A stretch of 48,556 bases of DNA from positions 65,720,001 through 65,768,556 of the forward strand of contig NC_091470.1 in the NCBI RefSeq assembly GCF_036971445.1, given 5' to 3'. Below, piece after piece: positions 1 to 12,889 of this stretch; position 1 is the first letter of the stretch, and the number at the start of each line of letters is the position of its first letter. This DNA comes from Narcine bancroftii. Its lineage: Eukaryota. The notes below the pieces were generated by a model. That model was not told the DNA's origin. It ran no database searches and saw nothing but the letters and a program-made list of their open reading frames with translations. The position numbers and the translations under genes are program-made.

Positions 1-536
1 GAGAGCTCGCCATATAATACGATCTTGGGAAGGCGATGGTCCTCCATTCTGGAGACGTGACCCATCCAGCGCAGCTGGATCTTCAGCAGCGTGGACTCGA
101 TGCTGTCGACCTCTGCCATCTCGAGTACCTCGACGTTAGGGGTGTGAGCGCTCCAATGGATGTTGAGGATGGAGCGGAGACAACGCTGGTGGAAGCGTTC
201 TAGGAGCCGTAGGTGGTGCCGGTAGAGGACCCATGATTCGGAGCCGAACAGGAGTGTGGGTATGACAACGGCTCTGTATACGCTTATCTTTGTGAGGTTT
301 TTCAGTTGGTTGTTTTTCCAGACTCTTTTGTGTAGTCTTCCAAAGGCGCTATTTGCCTTGGCGAGTCTGTTGTCTATCTCATTGTCGATCCTTGCATCTG
401 ATGAAATGGTGCAGCCGAGGTAGGTAAACTGGTTGACCGTTTTGAGTTTTGTGTGCCCGATGGAGATGTGGGGGGGCTGGTAGTCATGGTGGGGAGCTGG
501 CTGATGGAGGACCTCAGTTTTCTTCAGGCTGACTTC
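1..536 (-). mobile_element. RTE-clade (BovB-like) LINE, 5'-truncated, running off the window edge
   Basis: Stop-free minus frame EVSLKKTEVL...VNQFTYLGCTISSDARIDNEIDNRLAKANSAFGRL...QLRWMGHVSRMEDHRLPKIVLYGEL (RT thumb and C-terminus of RTE elements). Confidence 0.88.
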
Positions 537-1459
537 ATTTACAGCTGTTTGAACTCCATAGTTCAACATCGGGTAACTTGGTTTCTCCCATTCACCTTGT
601 TTTGCATCTTATCCCCCATGGCCACCCAGTTTAACCCAATCAGACATCTCTCCCACTCCCCTCCCTGCAGCCTACCTTGTAAGCTTCTTTCGTCTAAGAT
701 TCAGTTTTTGTCTCCAATCCAACACGGTGTCTCGGTTTCTCTGAGCACAGATGCTGCTTGACCGGTTGACTATTTCAAGCATTTTCTGCTTTCGAATAAA
801 ATTTATAATCTTGGATTTTCTCAGTAAATGAACTTAAGGGCAAATATCTTTTTGCCTGACATTTAAACCTATTGTTAATCTGTTTTTAATCCATTCACAC
901 ATAACACAATCTTCTTAGCTCAAAAATTAAAATACCAGGTGACTATTTATATGACACAGCCAGAAATTCAAAAGTGTTCAGAATTACAGGTATCCAACAT
1001 CTACACATCTAATGTACAAATATTTTGTAGTACCTGTGCAAGAATACAAGTTCACTGATTCAGGTTATGAAACAACTAAGCCATTAATTGTTGCTCTTTT
1101 AAAATATTTCAGCATGCATTAAACTTGAAAGATTTTTTTTTAAGCTTTCCTGGTTTTCAAAAATCCCAGTTCTAACATAGCAAGATCACACAGCAAATAT
1201 TTAGTTTACTGAACACAGCAATAGGAGGGTGTTTGATGTTAAGTTGAGATCACTTGGGAAAATTTCTCACAAATTATTATTAGTCTGATTCTAACCTCAC
1301 CAACTCTCCACAGATATTTCTAGAAAAAATATTTCCAGCAAAGCACTGGAAGTATGTTTGAACAATTATTCAGGCCAACAACCTGTACCACGTACATATC
1401 AAAGTTCTTAAGTGTACTGAATCAAATCCAAGTTTTATGTGGCAACTTCAACTGAGAGC

Positions 1460-2400
1460 GACAGTTACACAGCACAGAAATAAGACATTAGGCCAGACCC
1501 TGTCCATGCCAACCAACTTGTGAACTTGAACAAGTCCTCTTTACCCATGTTTTGTCCTTTACCCACTATACCCCGACTATCCCACAATACTCTCCACAGC
1601 CAACTTCCCAAAATACAACATCTCACTTGTCCAAATTAAATTCTATCTTCCATTTCTTCGCCCATTTCCCAAGTTGATCTAGTTCCTAATCTTATACAAA
1701 TTTTCTTCATTATCCACCGTACCATTAATTTTGGTGTCATCCACAACCTTACTAGCTATATTAACTACCTTGTCATCCAAATTTTACAATAACAAACAAC
1801 AGTGGACCCTGCACTGATCCACGTGGCACATCACTGGTCAGATGGTTCCAATCAGAAACAGAAAACTCAAATGAAACGATCTCCTTTCACCAAGCCAATT
1901 TTGAATCAATTGGCTAACTCGCCCATGATCCCATGTGATCAAATCTCCTGGACTATCATCATTGAGACAACATCCACCTCACTGCCCTCATCGATCTTCA
2001 TCATCTCATCCAAAAACTCAAGTCACATTTGTGAGACAGTTTCCTACATGATATATCCCTAATCTGTCCTCACCTTTACAAATACATGTACAGTAGACCC
2101 TATCCTTCAGAATCCCCTTCAGTCATTTACCCATAATTAATGTTAAGCTCACAAGTCTGTTGATTTCTGATTTGTCTTTGAAGTCTTTCTTAAATAAAGG
2201 CACGTTATTAGCCCCCCTCTAGTCACTTGCTACGCCACGCACAGCCAATACTGATGCTAATAGCTCAGCCAGGACCCTGCAATATGCTAGGCTCCTTGGA
2301 TTTATCCACCTTCATATTGCCAGCACTTTTGTAATGTGGATATTTTACAAGATATCACTATTTCCCATAATTCCTTAGCTTCCATGATCTTCTCCACAGT
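1460..2400 (-). mobile_element. Decayed CR1 LINE fragments
   Basis: Reverse-complement CR1 RT segments (e.g. aattttggtgtcatccacaa = DDTK motif); heavily deleted. Confidence 0.6.
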
Positions 2401-2709
2401 TAAACACAGATGAGGAATGGATCAAGGCTAGCACGCTGAACAAAAATTCAAAATCAGGAAGTGATAAACTGATGATGTGAATATTTACATTTCAAAGTTG
2501 GTTTGTGCCACATTTCCTGATTGATATTTCATCTCAATCACAACTAACTCACAAATAGATTAGCTACGACATGCTACTTGAGTTGTTGCAAAACAATATT
2601 TATCTGAGCAGTTAAGGCTCAGAAATAGACTGGCAGGCTACTCTCAGCTCAGAAATGGTGGATTATACAGAAATCCTGGTCACAAAATGTGACAATAATA
2701 AATTCAAAG

Positions 2710-4493
2710 GCTTCTTAAAACTTGGCCTTTATTAAACTCTGTACGGAGCTCCATTTTATTTCACATTACAATACACCAGCTTTGCAAGTGGAGAGAAAAA
2801 AAATTGCTCTGCTTTTAAAAAGTTAAGCCATTGTCAAATTATTCTCTTCCATTATGTGTGGAAGAAAACAATCCATTGTAATATCTACTACAATTTCACA
2901 CTGTCAAGAAATACAAAAGAAATCTCAAACATAAAATGAATGGACATTGATTTGTTTGCAGTTCTATGAAATACTATTACAATCCACCTCAGGCCAACTG
3001 CTGTTCTGAACCACAGTATCATAATATACAAACAGTCTAGAGCATTCACACTATTACTCTACAGTATATTAAACATTGGGAAGGGACACCGATTCCTTAC
3101 AATGTACAGTACGCATGGATAAAAATTGATAAAATAATCACATCTGTACACAATACATGTGCAAACTGTGTCTTTAAATACATGGTTCTGGAAGAGTTGA
3201 TATATACAAAATATGCAATGGAGTCACCATGGCTATATCCATGGCCTGGAAATACTACACAGCCACCTAATGGTAACTGTCATTCTTTGTAGTCGTTGTA
3301 CAATATTTTCTTCCCCAAGTTTAATTTAAGATGGTAGACAACTTAGCATAGTTTTAAAGGTTAGACCAATCAACTTTGTTTAAAGGGGCAAATAATATAC
3401 ATTTTACCATTAGGCAGTGTGACCACAAAGCTAGCCAGCTGAACTCTATAGATACGTAATTCAGGAAAGCACTCCTGCTTTTGAAATGACTGAAATTGTA
3501 ATTCAAGATTTGTAACATCTTGTAAATTAAAGCGAACAAACCTGGAAAAACGAACCAAGTCTGAAAATATTTTTCTTTCTTGTTTTAAAAATACATAAAA
3601 AATACAAGTATTATGTCCATTGCCTTGTCTGAATAAATATACTTCACAAGTTGCAAGATAATACATTTTTTTTTATTTTACACAAAACTCTTCAGGTCTA
3701 GAAATTTTGTTAAATAACTTCATTGTTGTGATATATTTGAAACTTTTTTGTAATAAAATAAAAACTCTGCAATTACATATAAAAAGAGACAAAATAGTCT
3801 TGCTACAGAAATTAGTCCACTGAAAACCAACTTCTCCGATGACTGTAAACATTACAAAATTTAAATAAGAAATCTCATTTGCATAACTGTGCTAAAAATC
3901 CAACAGCAAAATAGCGGAAGACTTTTTCATTACAGTTTCAGTTTTCAATACACTAAATTTCCTGTAACAATCTATTTTGTCCCATTTCCAAATTACACAA
4001 AATAGGGCACTCTGCTCACCGTGTACTTTGGCAGTTCAACATAGCTAATGCTCCCACAACTAAGAATGAACTGGAACTACTAACCCAACATATGAACTGA
4101 GCTGACTGGGCTCATAATAGGCACCTTCTGTTCCATTACCAACAAAGCTATTTTTCTGTTGCAGTTATTGTTGTTTGTCTTCAGAGAAGGCAGTCACATT
4201 CATTTCATTCAATCACCGAGAGGCTTCCGCAAAGTGCCATTTCATGTAATAGAGTGGACAGTAGTCATCAGTGAAGCATGTCTCATCTCCAAATTACATT
4301 CAACTCCGTGCCTTGCAGTGCTAAAGGAACTGGAAGTTAACCAGAGTGGGAAACTTTTGCTTAAATCCTACTGGTAATGCACAGGTTCGATCAGCTGAGT
4401 GCTTCCTATGCTAATGTTCCAGGGTTTTTAGCACTTGTGTCATGGCAGCAGGCTGCTGGGGTAAGGACAGGGAAGGGTGTAGGGGGCACATCA
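2710..4493 (-). other. ARID4A: Probable ARID4A 3'UTR (3' end approximate)
   Basis: AT-rich, transposon-free stretch after the stop. Minus-strand AATAAA at 3672-3677, 2755-2760 and 2728-2733. Confidence 0.65.
2728..2760 (-). promoter_or_regulatory. Candidate distal polyadenylation signals (2x AATAAA)
   Basis: tttatt on + at 2728-2733 and 2755-2760, near the end of the repeat-free zone. Confidence 0.5.
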
Positions 4494-4597
4494 TCACCTG
4501 CACTCTACTGCCACACTGTTTTGGGCTGGTGAAGAGGAAGTGGGACTCATTCCAGTTTCTGAAGAAGCAGAGGATGTACCTGGAGCTGCAGGTGTCA
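4494..4597 (-). CDS. ARID4A: ARID4A terminal coding exon with stop
   Basis: Acceptor cttttcatag|TG. (V)TPAAPGTSSASSETGMSPTSSSPAQNSVAVECR*TGA; the SSASSxTGMSP...AVECR ending is ARID4A-type rather than ARID4B-type. Confidence 0.93.
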
Positions 4598-4716
4598 CTA
4601 TGAAAAGAAGAGTATTTCAATTAATTATGGATTTATGCAAAACACATTGAAGAAGTGTCACTACTTTATTCAAATATTACAAATGTTCAACCTTGTATTA
4701 AGCCAAATTGTTCATT

Positions 4717-7345
4717 AATTGGAAGCAGCATTTAAAACAAGGTGGATGATCTTGTTGGAGTTGGAAGGTACAATGCTGTGGCTATTACTGAATCATGGCT
4801 AAAGGATGGATTTCATGGGAACTAAACATCCAAGGATACACAGTGTATCGCATGGATAGGCAGGTAGGTCAAGGGGTGGCATGGCTCTGCTGGTAAGCAA
4901 CAATATTAATTTTTTGGAAAGATGGAGCACATGATCAGAAAAGGTAGAATCCTTATGGGTTGAGTTAAGTAATGCCCCCAAACAGCAGCTGGGATATGGA
5001 TTGCAAATTGCAACAAAAGAGATAAGATTTGTCAGAAGAACAATGTTACGATAATCATAAGGGATTTTAACATGAAAGTAGATTGAGAAAAATCAGGTTG
5101 GTTCAAGACCTCAGGAGGGATAGTTTGAGGAATGCCCACAGGATAGCTTTTTGGAGCAGCTTGATGATGAGCCCAACAGGGGATCGGTTGTTCGAGATTG
5201 GGTGCTGTGTAATAAACCAAAGGTGATTAGAGACCTTAAGGTAAAGGAACCCTCAGAAGGCAGTGATCAAAATACAATTGAGTTCACTTCGAAATTTGAA
5301 AAGGAAAGGATGGAGTCCGATGTGCTGGTATTTCAGTCAAGTAAAGGAAATTAGTCACATGAAAGAGGAACTGCCCCAAAGTAGACTGGAAAAACACACT
5401 AGTGGGGAAGATCAGCAATGGCTGGAGTTTATGTGCAAAATGAGGAAAGTGCTGAACAGGTACATTACCAAAAGGGAAAAAAAATTGTGAATGGAAAAAT
5501 GAGACAAGGGAAATTAAAATTAAAGTAAAAGCAAAAGGGCGACAGACAAGAAAAAGAAATCAATGGGAAAATAGGATTGGGAAACTTTTAAAAACATGAA
5601 GACAACTAAGAAGGTGATTAGGAAAAAAAAAGATGAATTATTAAAGGAGATTAGCAAGAAATATCAAAGAGGATACTAAAAGCATTTTAAATATATAAAG
5701 AGTAAAATATTGACCAAAGTAGACATAGGACCATCAGAAAATGACGTTGGAGAAATTGTAATGGAAGGATATGGCAGAGGAACTGAAAAAATATTTTGGA
5801 TCAGTCTCCATTGTGGAAGCCATTAGTAGAAAACTGAACTCTCATTGCTCTCTCGGAAGAGAAGTGAATGCAGATAAGATCACGACAGAGAAGATGCTTT
5901 GGGAAGCTAAATGGTCTAAGGGTAGATATCTCCCAAACGGGATGGAATGCAACCTCAGGTTCTAAAACAGGAAGTGGAGAGATTATGGAGGGATTGGTAA
6001 TAATCATCCATGAATCAGTCCGGTGTACTGAAGGATCGCAGGTGTCACTCCGCTATTTAAGGGAGCAAGGCAGCAGAAAGGAAATTATAGACCTGTTACC
6101 CTGATGTCAGTGGTTGGGAAGCTGTTGGGAGTCGATTATCAAGGATGAGATTATGGAATAACTGGATGTGCATGAAAAGATAGGGCCAAGTCAGCATGGT
6201 TTCCTTAAAGTAAAAATTATGCATGACAAAGCCATTGCAATTTTTTGACAAGTAGCATCAATAGGAAATGAAGCAGATGTTGTGTATTTGGACTTTCAAA
6301 AGGCCTTTGACAAAGCTGCTAAACAAGATGAGTGCCCATGGAATTACAGGAAGGATGGTCGAGCATTGGCTAGTCAGCAGGAAACAGAGTAGAAATAAAG
6401 GGACCCTATTCTAGTTGGCTACCAGTTACCAGTAGTGTTCCACAGGGGTTGAGGCCACTTCTTTTTACATTATATATAAATGATTTGGATTATGGAAGAG
6501 ATAGCTTTGTGTCTAAATTTGTAGAGGATATCAAAATTGGTGAATGGGGAGGTGGTGCTGAGGAAACCGAAAGGCTGCAGAGATTTGGATAGATTAGGAA
6601 AATAGACAAAGAGATGGCAGATGAAATACAATGTTGGAAAGTATATGGTCATGCACTTTGGTTGAAGAAATAGATGGACAGATTATTATTGAGAGGAGGA
6701 GAAAATTCAAAATTCAACTAGGGAGTCCTCGTGCAGGATACTCTAAAGGTTGACGTCCGGTTGAGTCGGTGGTGAAGAAGGCAAATGCAAAGCTGGCATT
6801 CATTTTTAGAGGGATGGCATTCAAGAACAGATTCAAGTTGAGACTCTATAAAGCACTGGTGAGACCTCACTTGGAGTACTCTGTACAGGTTTGGGGGCCA
6901 TATTTGAGAAAAGATGTACCAATGTTAGAGAGGGTTCAGAGAAGATTTACTAGAATGTTATCAGGAATGAAAGGCTTAGTATATTAGGAACAATTGTTGG
7001 CTCTTGGACTGTACTCATTGGAGTACAGAAGGATGAGGGGGACCTCAGAGACACTTTGAATGCTGAAAGGCCTGGACAGAGCAGATGTGATAAGTATGTT
7101 TCCCATGGTAGGAGATTCTCAGACAAGAGGGTGTAATTTCAGGATAAAAGGGCATAAATTTGAAACAAAGATGAAAAAAAATTTCTTTAGTCAGAGAGTT
7201 GTGGAAGTCTGTGAAAGCGAAGTTGTTGGGTGTATTTAAGGCAGAGATTGACAGGTATTTGATTGCACAGGGAATCAAGGGAATGAGTGGTTCATGATTA
7301 GAATGGCAGAGTTGACTCGATGGGCTAATGGGCCTACTTCTGCTC
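4717..7345 (+). mobile_element. Decayed CR1 LINE (endonuclease through RT to 3' end)
   Basis: VAITESW endonuclease motif, YLDFQKAFDK, LYKALVRPHLEYSVQVWGP, LERVQRRFTRM. CR1 tail cctacttctgctcctgtatcttatgatctt. Many stops and frameshifts. Confidence 0.9.
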
Positions 7346-8305
7346 CTGTATCTTATGATCTTGTGAATTACCAGCACATCTTGTGGGCCATCAAATGAAA
7401 ACCACAAGGTCTTCTGGACAATGGAAAGGCTTTACAAGTTAGGATGTGGAATCATTCATCTCTATACTAGAGAGTCATCATATAATCATGAATATTTAAA
7501 ACTTGGTGGAAGGAACAAGGAATCATACATTTGTATCAGAAGGCAATTTTGGAGATAACAGCTATGAAAATGAGGAGAAAACTACAAAAGGAACACAAAC
7601 AGATAAGAAAATATGCAAAACAATGAGAAATATGCATGGACAACTATTTTAGACAGAGAAAACACAAAATAGAAAATAGCTAAAGACTGAAAACTATCAA
7701 GGAGCAGCAAGCTATAAAAATGTAACTACATATGCATAGTGCATGAATGAAAAACTTGCTTTTTAAGAGATTGTTCAGGGGATGTAGTGATGCTTCACTT
7801 GTACATAGCCATGGCCTGACCCCATCTGGTTTCTGGCATTCAGTTTGGTCGAATACCAAAGCAAGAATATATTAGCCTAGGAAGGGCTGCAGAATGCATC
7901 AACAATTATTAAACTGGAGTTTCATAGGGGAGATTTATATTTGCTTTACATAAACTTGGCTTCCTCGCTATCCTCCTTCATGCTGACCTAATATATTTGT
8001 TAAAATTATAAGAGGATTGATATGTTCATAAAACCTTGGGAGATAAGTTTTCCCACACCAAGAGTAGCAATCTAAAATCTGGATCTCTAAAACCCAAAAA
8101 GTTGTGGAACAGGATGAATTTTTTTTTGTTTAAATCAAAGTTATTGAAAAATTAATTGCATTGAATAAATATTTCAAATAAACAGTGTGATTGAATGATA
8201 TCAATTTGAAAGGTTTAGTGGCTTACTCTTGTTCATTCCTAAGCAGAATTAATCATAAACATTGTTATTCAAGATGTTATGAACATCAATTATATTGAAC
8301 ATTAC

Positions 8306-8452
8306 CTTCTCTCTCTTTCTTTTTTAACCGCTTTCTTCTCCTGTCTATGGATGCTACTTCAGATTTTAAAGACATGTAGTATTTTCTGATCTCCTGTAGC
8401 TTGTCTTGTAGGAAAGCAATCCGTTCAGCACTTGTTAAATTGTTAAGGTCGG
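8306..8452 (-). CDS. ARID4A: ARID4A coding exon: C-terminal coiled coil (R2 repression region)
   Basis: Acceptor ccccccag|CC, donor G|gtaatg, 147 nt. [48 protein letters not shown]. Confidence 0.95.
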
Positions 8453-9249
8453 CTGGGGGGAAAAATAGCAAATATATGCAGACAAATTAAAATCATTCCA
8501 CAACGACATTGTATCAGTAAAATGAACAAAATAGCAATCTCATATTGGATGTGGATTGCATGTTTATCTTTATTAAAGGAGACTAATTTTCAGGAGAGCA
8601 GTACAATGTCTGACTTCTAAAGACATTTTTCCCCATCATTAGTTATGACTGCACTTTAAGATAGTACAAGGGCAGACATGACTAACAAATAGTTTTGATA
8701 TACTTTATTGTGTGACTAGATTGAAGCCCATCTTAAAATTGTAGCATACTTGGCAATGATGAATGAAATGGACAGCATGGTTCCATCTGAAGCAGGTTCA
8801 AATACATTTGAGACACAACAATCACATTTGACACTGTTTGCCACCTGAATGCTTGCTGTTTCAGCATGCTATCTTTGTATTTTGTGCTCAAAGATAGCCA
8901 ATTATCACCCAACATCAATATTTAATAATTTTGCATCATTAATAAAGTTTTCCCCTCTTCCTTCCAAAATTAGCAATTTACCGTAGTTTCCACTTTCTTG
9001 GTTTCTCACTCAATTTGTTTATACACCATCACAGATTTGTTACATTGTCCTCAAAACTTAACATTCTAATAATTTATAATTTGATAGTATATTAATTCTC
9101 CTCATTAGTCATTAATATAAATTCTTTACATTGAAACTCAATGATCTTTCAAAAATAGACATTACAATTCTTATTCTTCACTTCTTTGTTACAGATAAGG
9201 AAACAATTTTGTAGTTAATCTTCATTTAAAGTTTTAAATTAATTTAGAG

Positions 9250-9470
9250 TAACAGCACGTTAATAAACCCTTCTGGGCCACAGACCCAGGCTGCCCAAAT
9301 GTACCTATGTGGCCAATTTGCCTATTATCCCCATACGTTTTTGGAATATGGGAGGAAACCCGAGCATCCAAAGGAAACCCACACAGACACGTAGTAAATG
9401 TACAAACTACTTACAGACAGCACCAGATTCAAACCCGGGTCGCTGGCACTGTAATACCACCATGCCACCT
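9250..9470 (-). mobile_element. tRNA-derived V-SINE/HE1-like SINE
   Basis: gggaggaaacccgagcatccaaaggaaacccacacagac is the reverse complement of the V-domain core; B-box-like GGTTTGAATC on minus. Confidence 0.65.
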
Positions 9471-10499
9471 TAATCCAGTATCAACTTGGCCACATAAATA
9501 ATGTGACAAAAAATTTATTAACTGCATTGCATCTGAATACCAATTTTGTTAAATATCAGGCCAAATTCCAAATAGAAGGCAACTAACAGGTGAAGACTTA
9601 ATCTTGCAGACTTCAATCCACTATCAATTACAGATCCTGCACATTTCCTATACTCATTTCAAGGGCTTGATCCACATCAGGGAAATAACATCAACCATTT
9701 GCTATTTATACTGTTTATCCTCTTTCTTATGAAGCAATCCCTCAAGATCTTGCACTTGCTTTCCCTCCAGTTTTGTGTGTTCTGAGGTGACTGATGAAGT
9801 CAACATGAGAACCACAGACATGATCATTTCTGGGCAGACAGGTGGGTAGCTAAGAAAAGAAATGGTCCTTCCACCATTTATACAGGGATACTGTGTGCTC
9901 CCAATGGACAGAATAGAGGTTCTCAATTCATCCCAATACCTTCTTCTCCACTTAAGCCCTTAATTCCCAGGAGTCTGTGATGATGCATCTTTTCAAAGAG
10001 GTTTTGAGCAGTCTTCATTCCATCCATCCCATAATCTCTTCCCATAATAGAACTCTAAACCCCCACATTACAGGAGAAATGTTTTCATGGAAATTGGGAA
10101 TTTTTTGGTAACGTAAAGCCATGTCACCTGCAAATGTCAGGAACAGTGATGAAAGAAGGTGTTTATTTATTTCCACATAAATTGTTTGAGAGCAAATTTT
10201 ATTCTGTTTCTCAGATTTTGGGAGGTGATTTATGAATTCTGCAAGGGCAATTTTTTCATGAGCCAAATAGTCATTATGCCTGTTTGCCTGGGAAAAGACT
10301 TATGCTGGTCAAAATGACTTCAGACACAAGAGAGCAACTGCAACTTTGGCCTCAATGCTGCTATGTTGCCTTGCAACAGGACACTGATGCTGCTTTACTC
10401 ATACTTAGTCATTTAAACTACCATAAAAACACTGACCATTTCTGACACTCTCAGATGCCCTAGTGCACCCACATCACAGACAACTTGGGAATCATTGAT

Positions 10500-11208
10500 A
10501 CATTTAAATGAATCGCAGAAGGTTGGTTTGCTGGTGCAGCAGGCTATCAAGAAGGCAAATGGAATGTTGGCTTTCATTGCTAGGGGGATTGAATTTAAGA
10601 GCAGGAAGGTTAAGCTGTAACTGTACAAGGTACTGGTGAGGCTACATCTGGAGTATTTCATGCAGTTCTGGTCTCCTTACTTGAGGAAGGATGTACTGGC
10701 TTTGGAGGCGATGCAGAGGAAGTTCACCAGGTTGATTCCAGGGATGAAGGGTTGGCCTATGAGGAGAGATCGAGTCGTCTGGGACTGTACTCGCTGGAAT
10801 TTAGAAGAATGAGAGGGAATCTTATAGAAACATATAAAATTATGAAAGGCATAGATAAGATTGATTTAGGCACGTTGTTTCCATTGGTGGAAGAGACCAG
10901 AACTAAGGAACATAGCCTCAAGATTCAGGGTAGTAAATTTAGGACAGAGATGAAAAGGGACTGCTTTTCCCAGAGGGTGGTGAATCTATAGAATTTGCTG
11001 CCCATTGAAGCAGTGGAAGCAATCTCAGAAAAATATTTAAGACAAGGTTGGATAGATTTCTACATAGTAAGTGAATTAAGTGATATGGGGGAAAAGGCAG
11101 GAAGGTGTAGATTAGTCTATCATCAGATCAACCACAATCCCACTGAATTGCGGAGCAGGATCGACAGGCCAGATGGCCAACTCCTGCTCCCATTTCTTAA
11201 TTTCTTAA
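10500..11208 (+). mobile_element. CR1 LINE 3' fragment
   Basis: LGLYSLEFRRMRGNLIETYKIMKG...FSQRVVNL; tail ctcctgctcccatttcttaatttcttaa. Confidence 0.9.
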
Positions 11209-11462
11209 ATATTCCATTACGAAGTAATGATATTGAAAAAACTGTTCCTCTCAAGCAAAATTTTCTGGTCTTTAGAGACTTCTATTCTAAATTTTACACC
11301 AGAAATTCTTTTTTATTTTATGAAAATCCTTTCAATCATCAATTCAGTCTAGTTATTAAAGCAGCTTGTTACATTCAATAATATAGTGGTGGGAATCTTA
11401 TATAAAAGTGTTTAGACAAGTACCTTAAACATTGAGTTTCAGGAATGATTCAAAAACAAATA

Positions 11463-11603
11463 TTCTGTTTTTCACTCATATGTAGTACTCAAAAATATTA
11501 GATGCATTTGCTCTTGCACTTGGAACAATACATAAATTGTGTTAACTAATTAAACAACTAAAAACATCAGAAACAGTAAATGGCCATAGAAGATGAGAAA
11601 AAC
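11463..11603. repeat. 141-bp direct repeat, copy 1
   Basis: Matches 13256-13396 with 4 mismatches and no indels. Confidence 0.95.
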
Positions 11604-11747
11604 AGAACCATTTAGAAATGTAATACTTCTATCCTCTCACATCAACTTGACAGATAAGCAAATTAAACTATTTGATGCATTAAGTGAGGCTGCAGCATTC
11701 TAAATAACTGAACCTCAAATAGGCTAAAATTAATTTGTTTTTCTTAC

Positions 11748-11945
11748 CAAGCTGAAAACTCCATTTATAGGTCCTGGGTGACGTACCATCATTTCCATTT
11801 TTTTCTTTGACCCCATCTTTATCGTTGGGAGAAGTCACTCTTGATGGAGACCTGCCAAGTTTTTGCGACTTATTTGAAGTCTTCACTGGAGTGCACTTAT
11901 TGGAACTGTCTGTGACTGGTAGGTCCTCACTGTCGCTGCTGTTAC
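11748..11945 (-). CDS. ARID4A: ARID4A coding exon
   Basis: Acceptor tttttgaag|GT, donor G|gtaaga, 198 nt. (G)[21 protein letters not shown]...[11 protein letters not shown]. Confidence 0.92.
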
Positions 11946-12033
11946 CTTCAAAAATATCATTAAAAACATTAATAAAACAATTGAAATTTAAGAGTCGCAG
12001 AAAATCAATTTATGTTTCAACTTTAAAACCTAC

Positions 12034-12138
12034 CAGTTCCATTCTTTTCATTCTTATTGGACACATTTGACCGTTTGTGACTTCGCTTCTGTTTCTTCGC
12101 AGGTATCCCATTATTGCTGTCATTTATTCTTTTCTGAC
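12034..12138 (-). CDS. ARID4A: ARID4A coding exon (basic, NLS-like)
   Basis: Acceptor tacttag|GT, donor G|gtaggt, 105 nt. (G)QKRINDSNNGIPAKKQKRSHKRSNVSNKNEKNGT. Followed by an 88-nt intron. Confidence 0.9.
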
Positions 12139-12889
12139 CTAAGTATAATTGAAACATTTGCATGTAAATGTAAACCACAACATGGAAATATATTTACGTC
12201 ATTTTGATATCGTTATCATTCACAATAGCTTATTCATTTCAGACAAATATTACATATTCACTTCATAATTACAAATCTCACTGGACAGACTCTGGAAATA
12301 AAGGAAGCTCAACAGCAAGTTCTTTTTGGAAGAACACAGGAGTAAATTTATTGATCCTTTCAAAAAGTGAAACTTCCATTTACTCTGAGAATACATAGGA
12401 AAGTATTGTAGGTTTTCCCCAATTAGTTAAAATGGAGGATATTATTTAATTTTTTAACATTACAAAAGCAACATTAGTCTTAACTAAAGTAGATAATGAA
12501 TTTGAAGACTAGTCTTTCAAGCACAGGTGTGTAAAAACCAGTAACATTTAAAAGTAATTTTGATCAGAAATTAATTTTTAAATTTAAACATACAGCATAG
12601 TAAGAAGTAATCTGTTAAAAAACAAGCCACTGAATTTGATGGCATACAGGACACCCCAACGACTCCCCATCCCTCCCCATTTCAGCAGGGAATATTAAGA
12701 AAACATGTTTAAGTATATTTAGGGATAAGCATTTAATGTTATTGAAATATGTAGATGCAATAGAGCAGAAAAGAATTTGGACAAAACAGCAACTCTGACA
12801 ACAGGAAAAATCTTTTTAATAATAATAATGTTGTCATTTGTAAGAGAAAACAAAAGCAGCTGAGCTAGAGCAGAAAGCATTTTATAAAA

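Noticed and set aside
4411-4620. ORF-track 69-aa minus ORF as the terminal exon product
   Set aside because: Wrong frame; the spliced frame gives ...VAVECR* ending at 4494.
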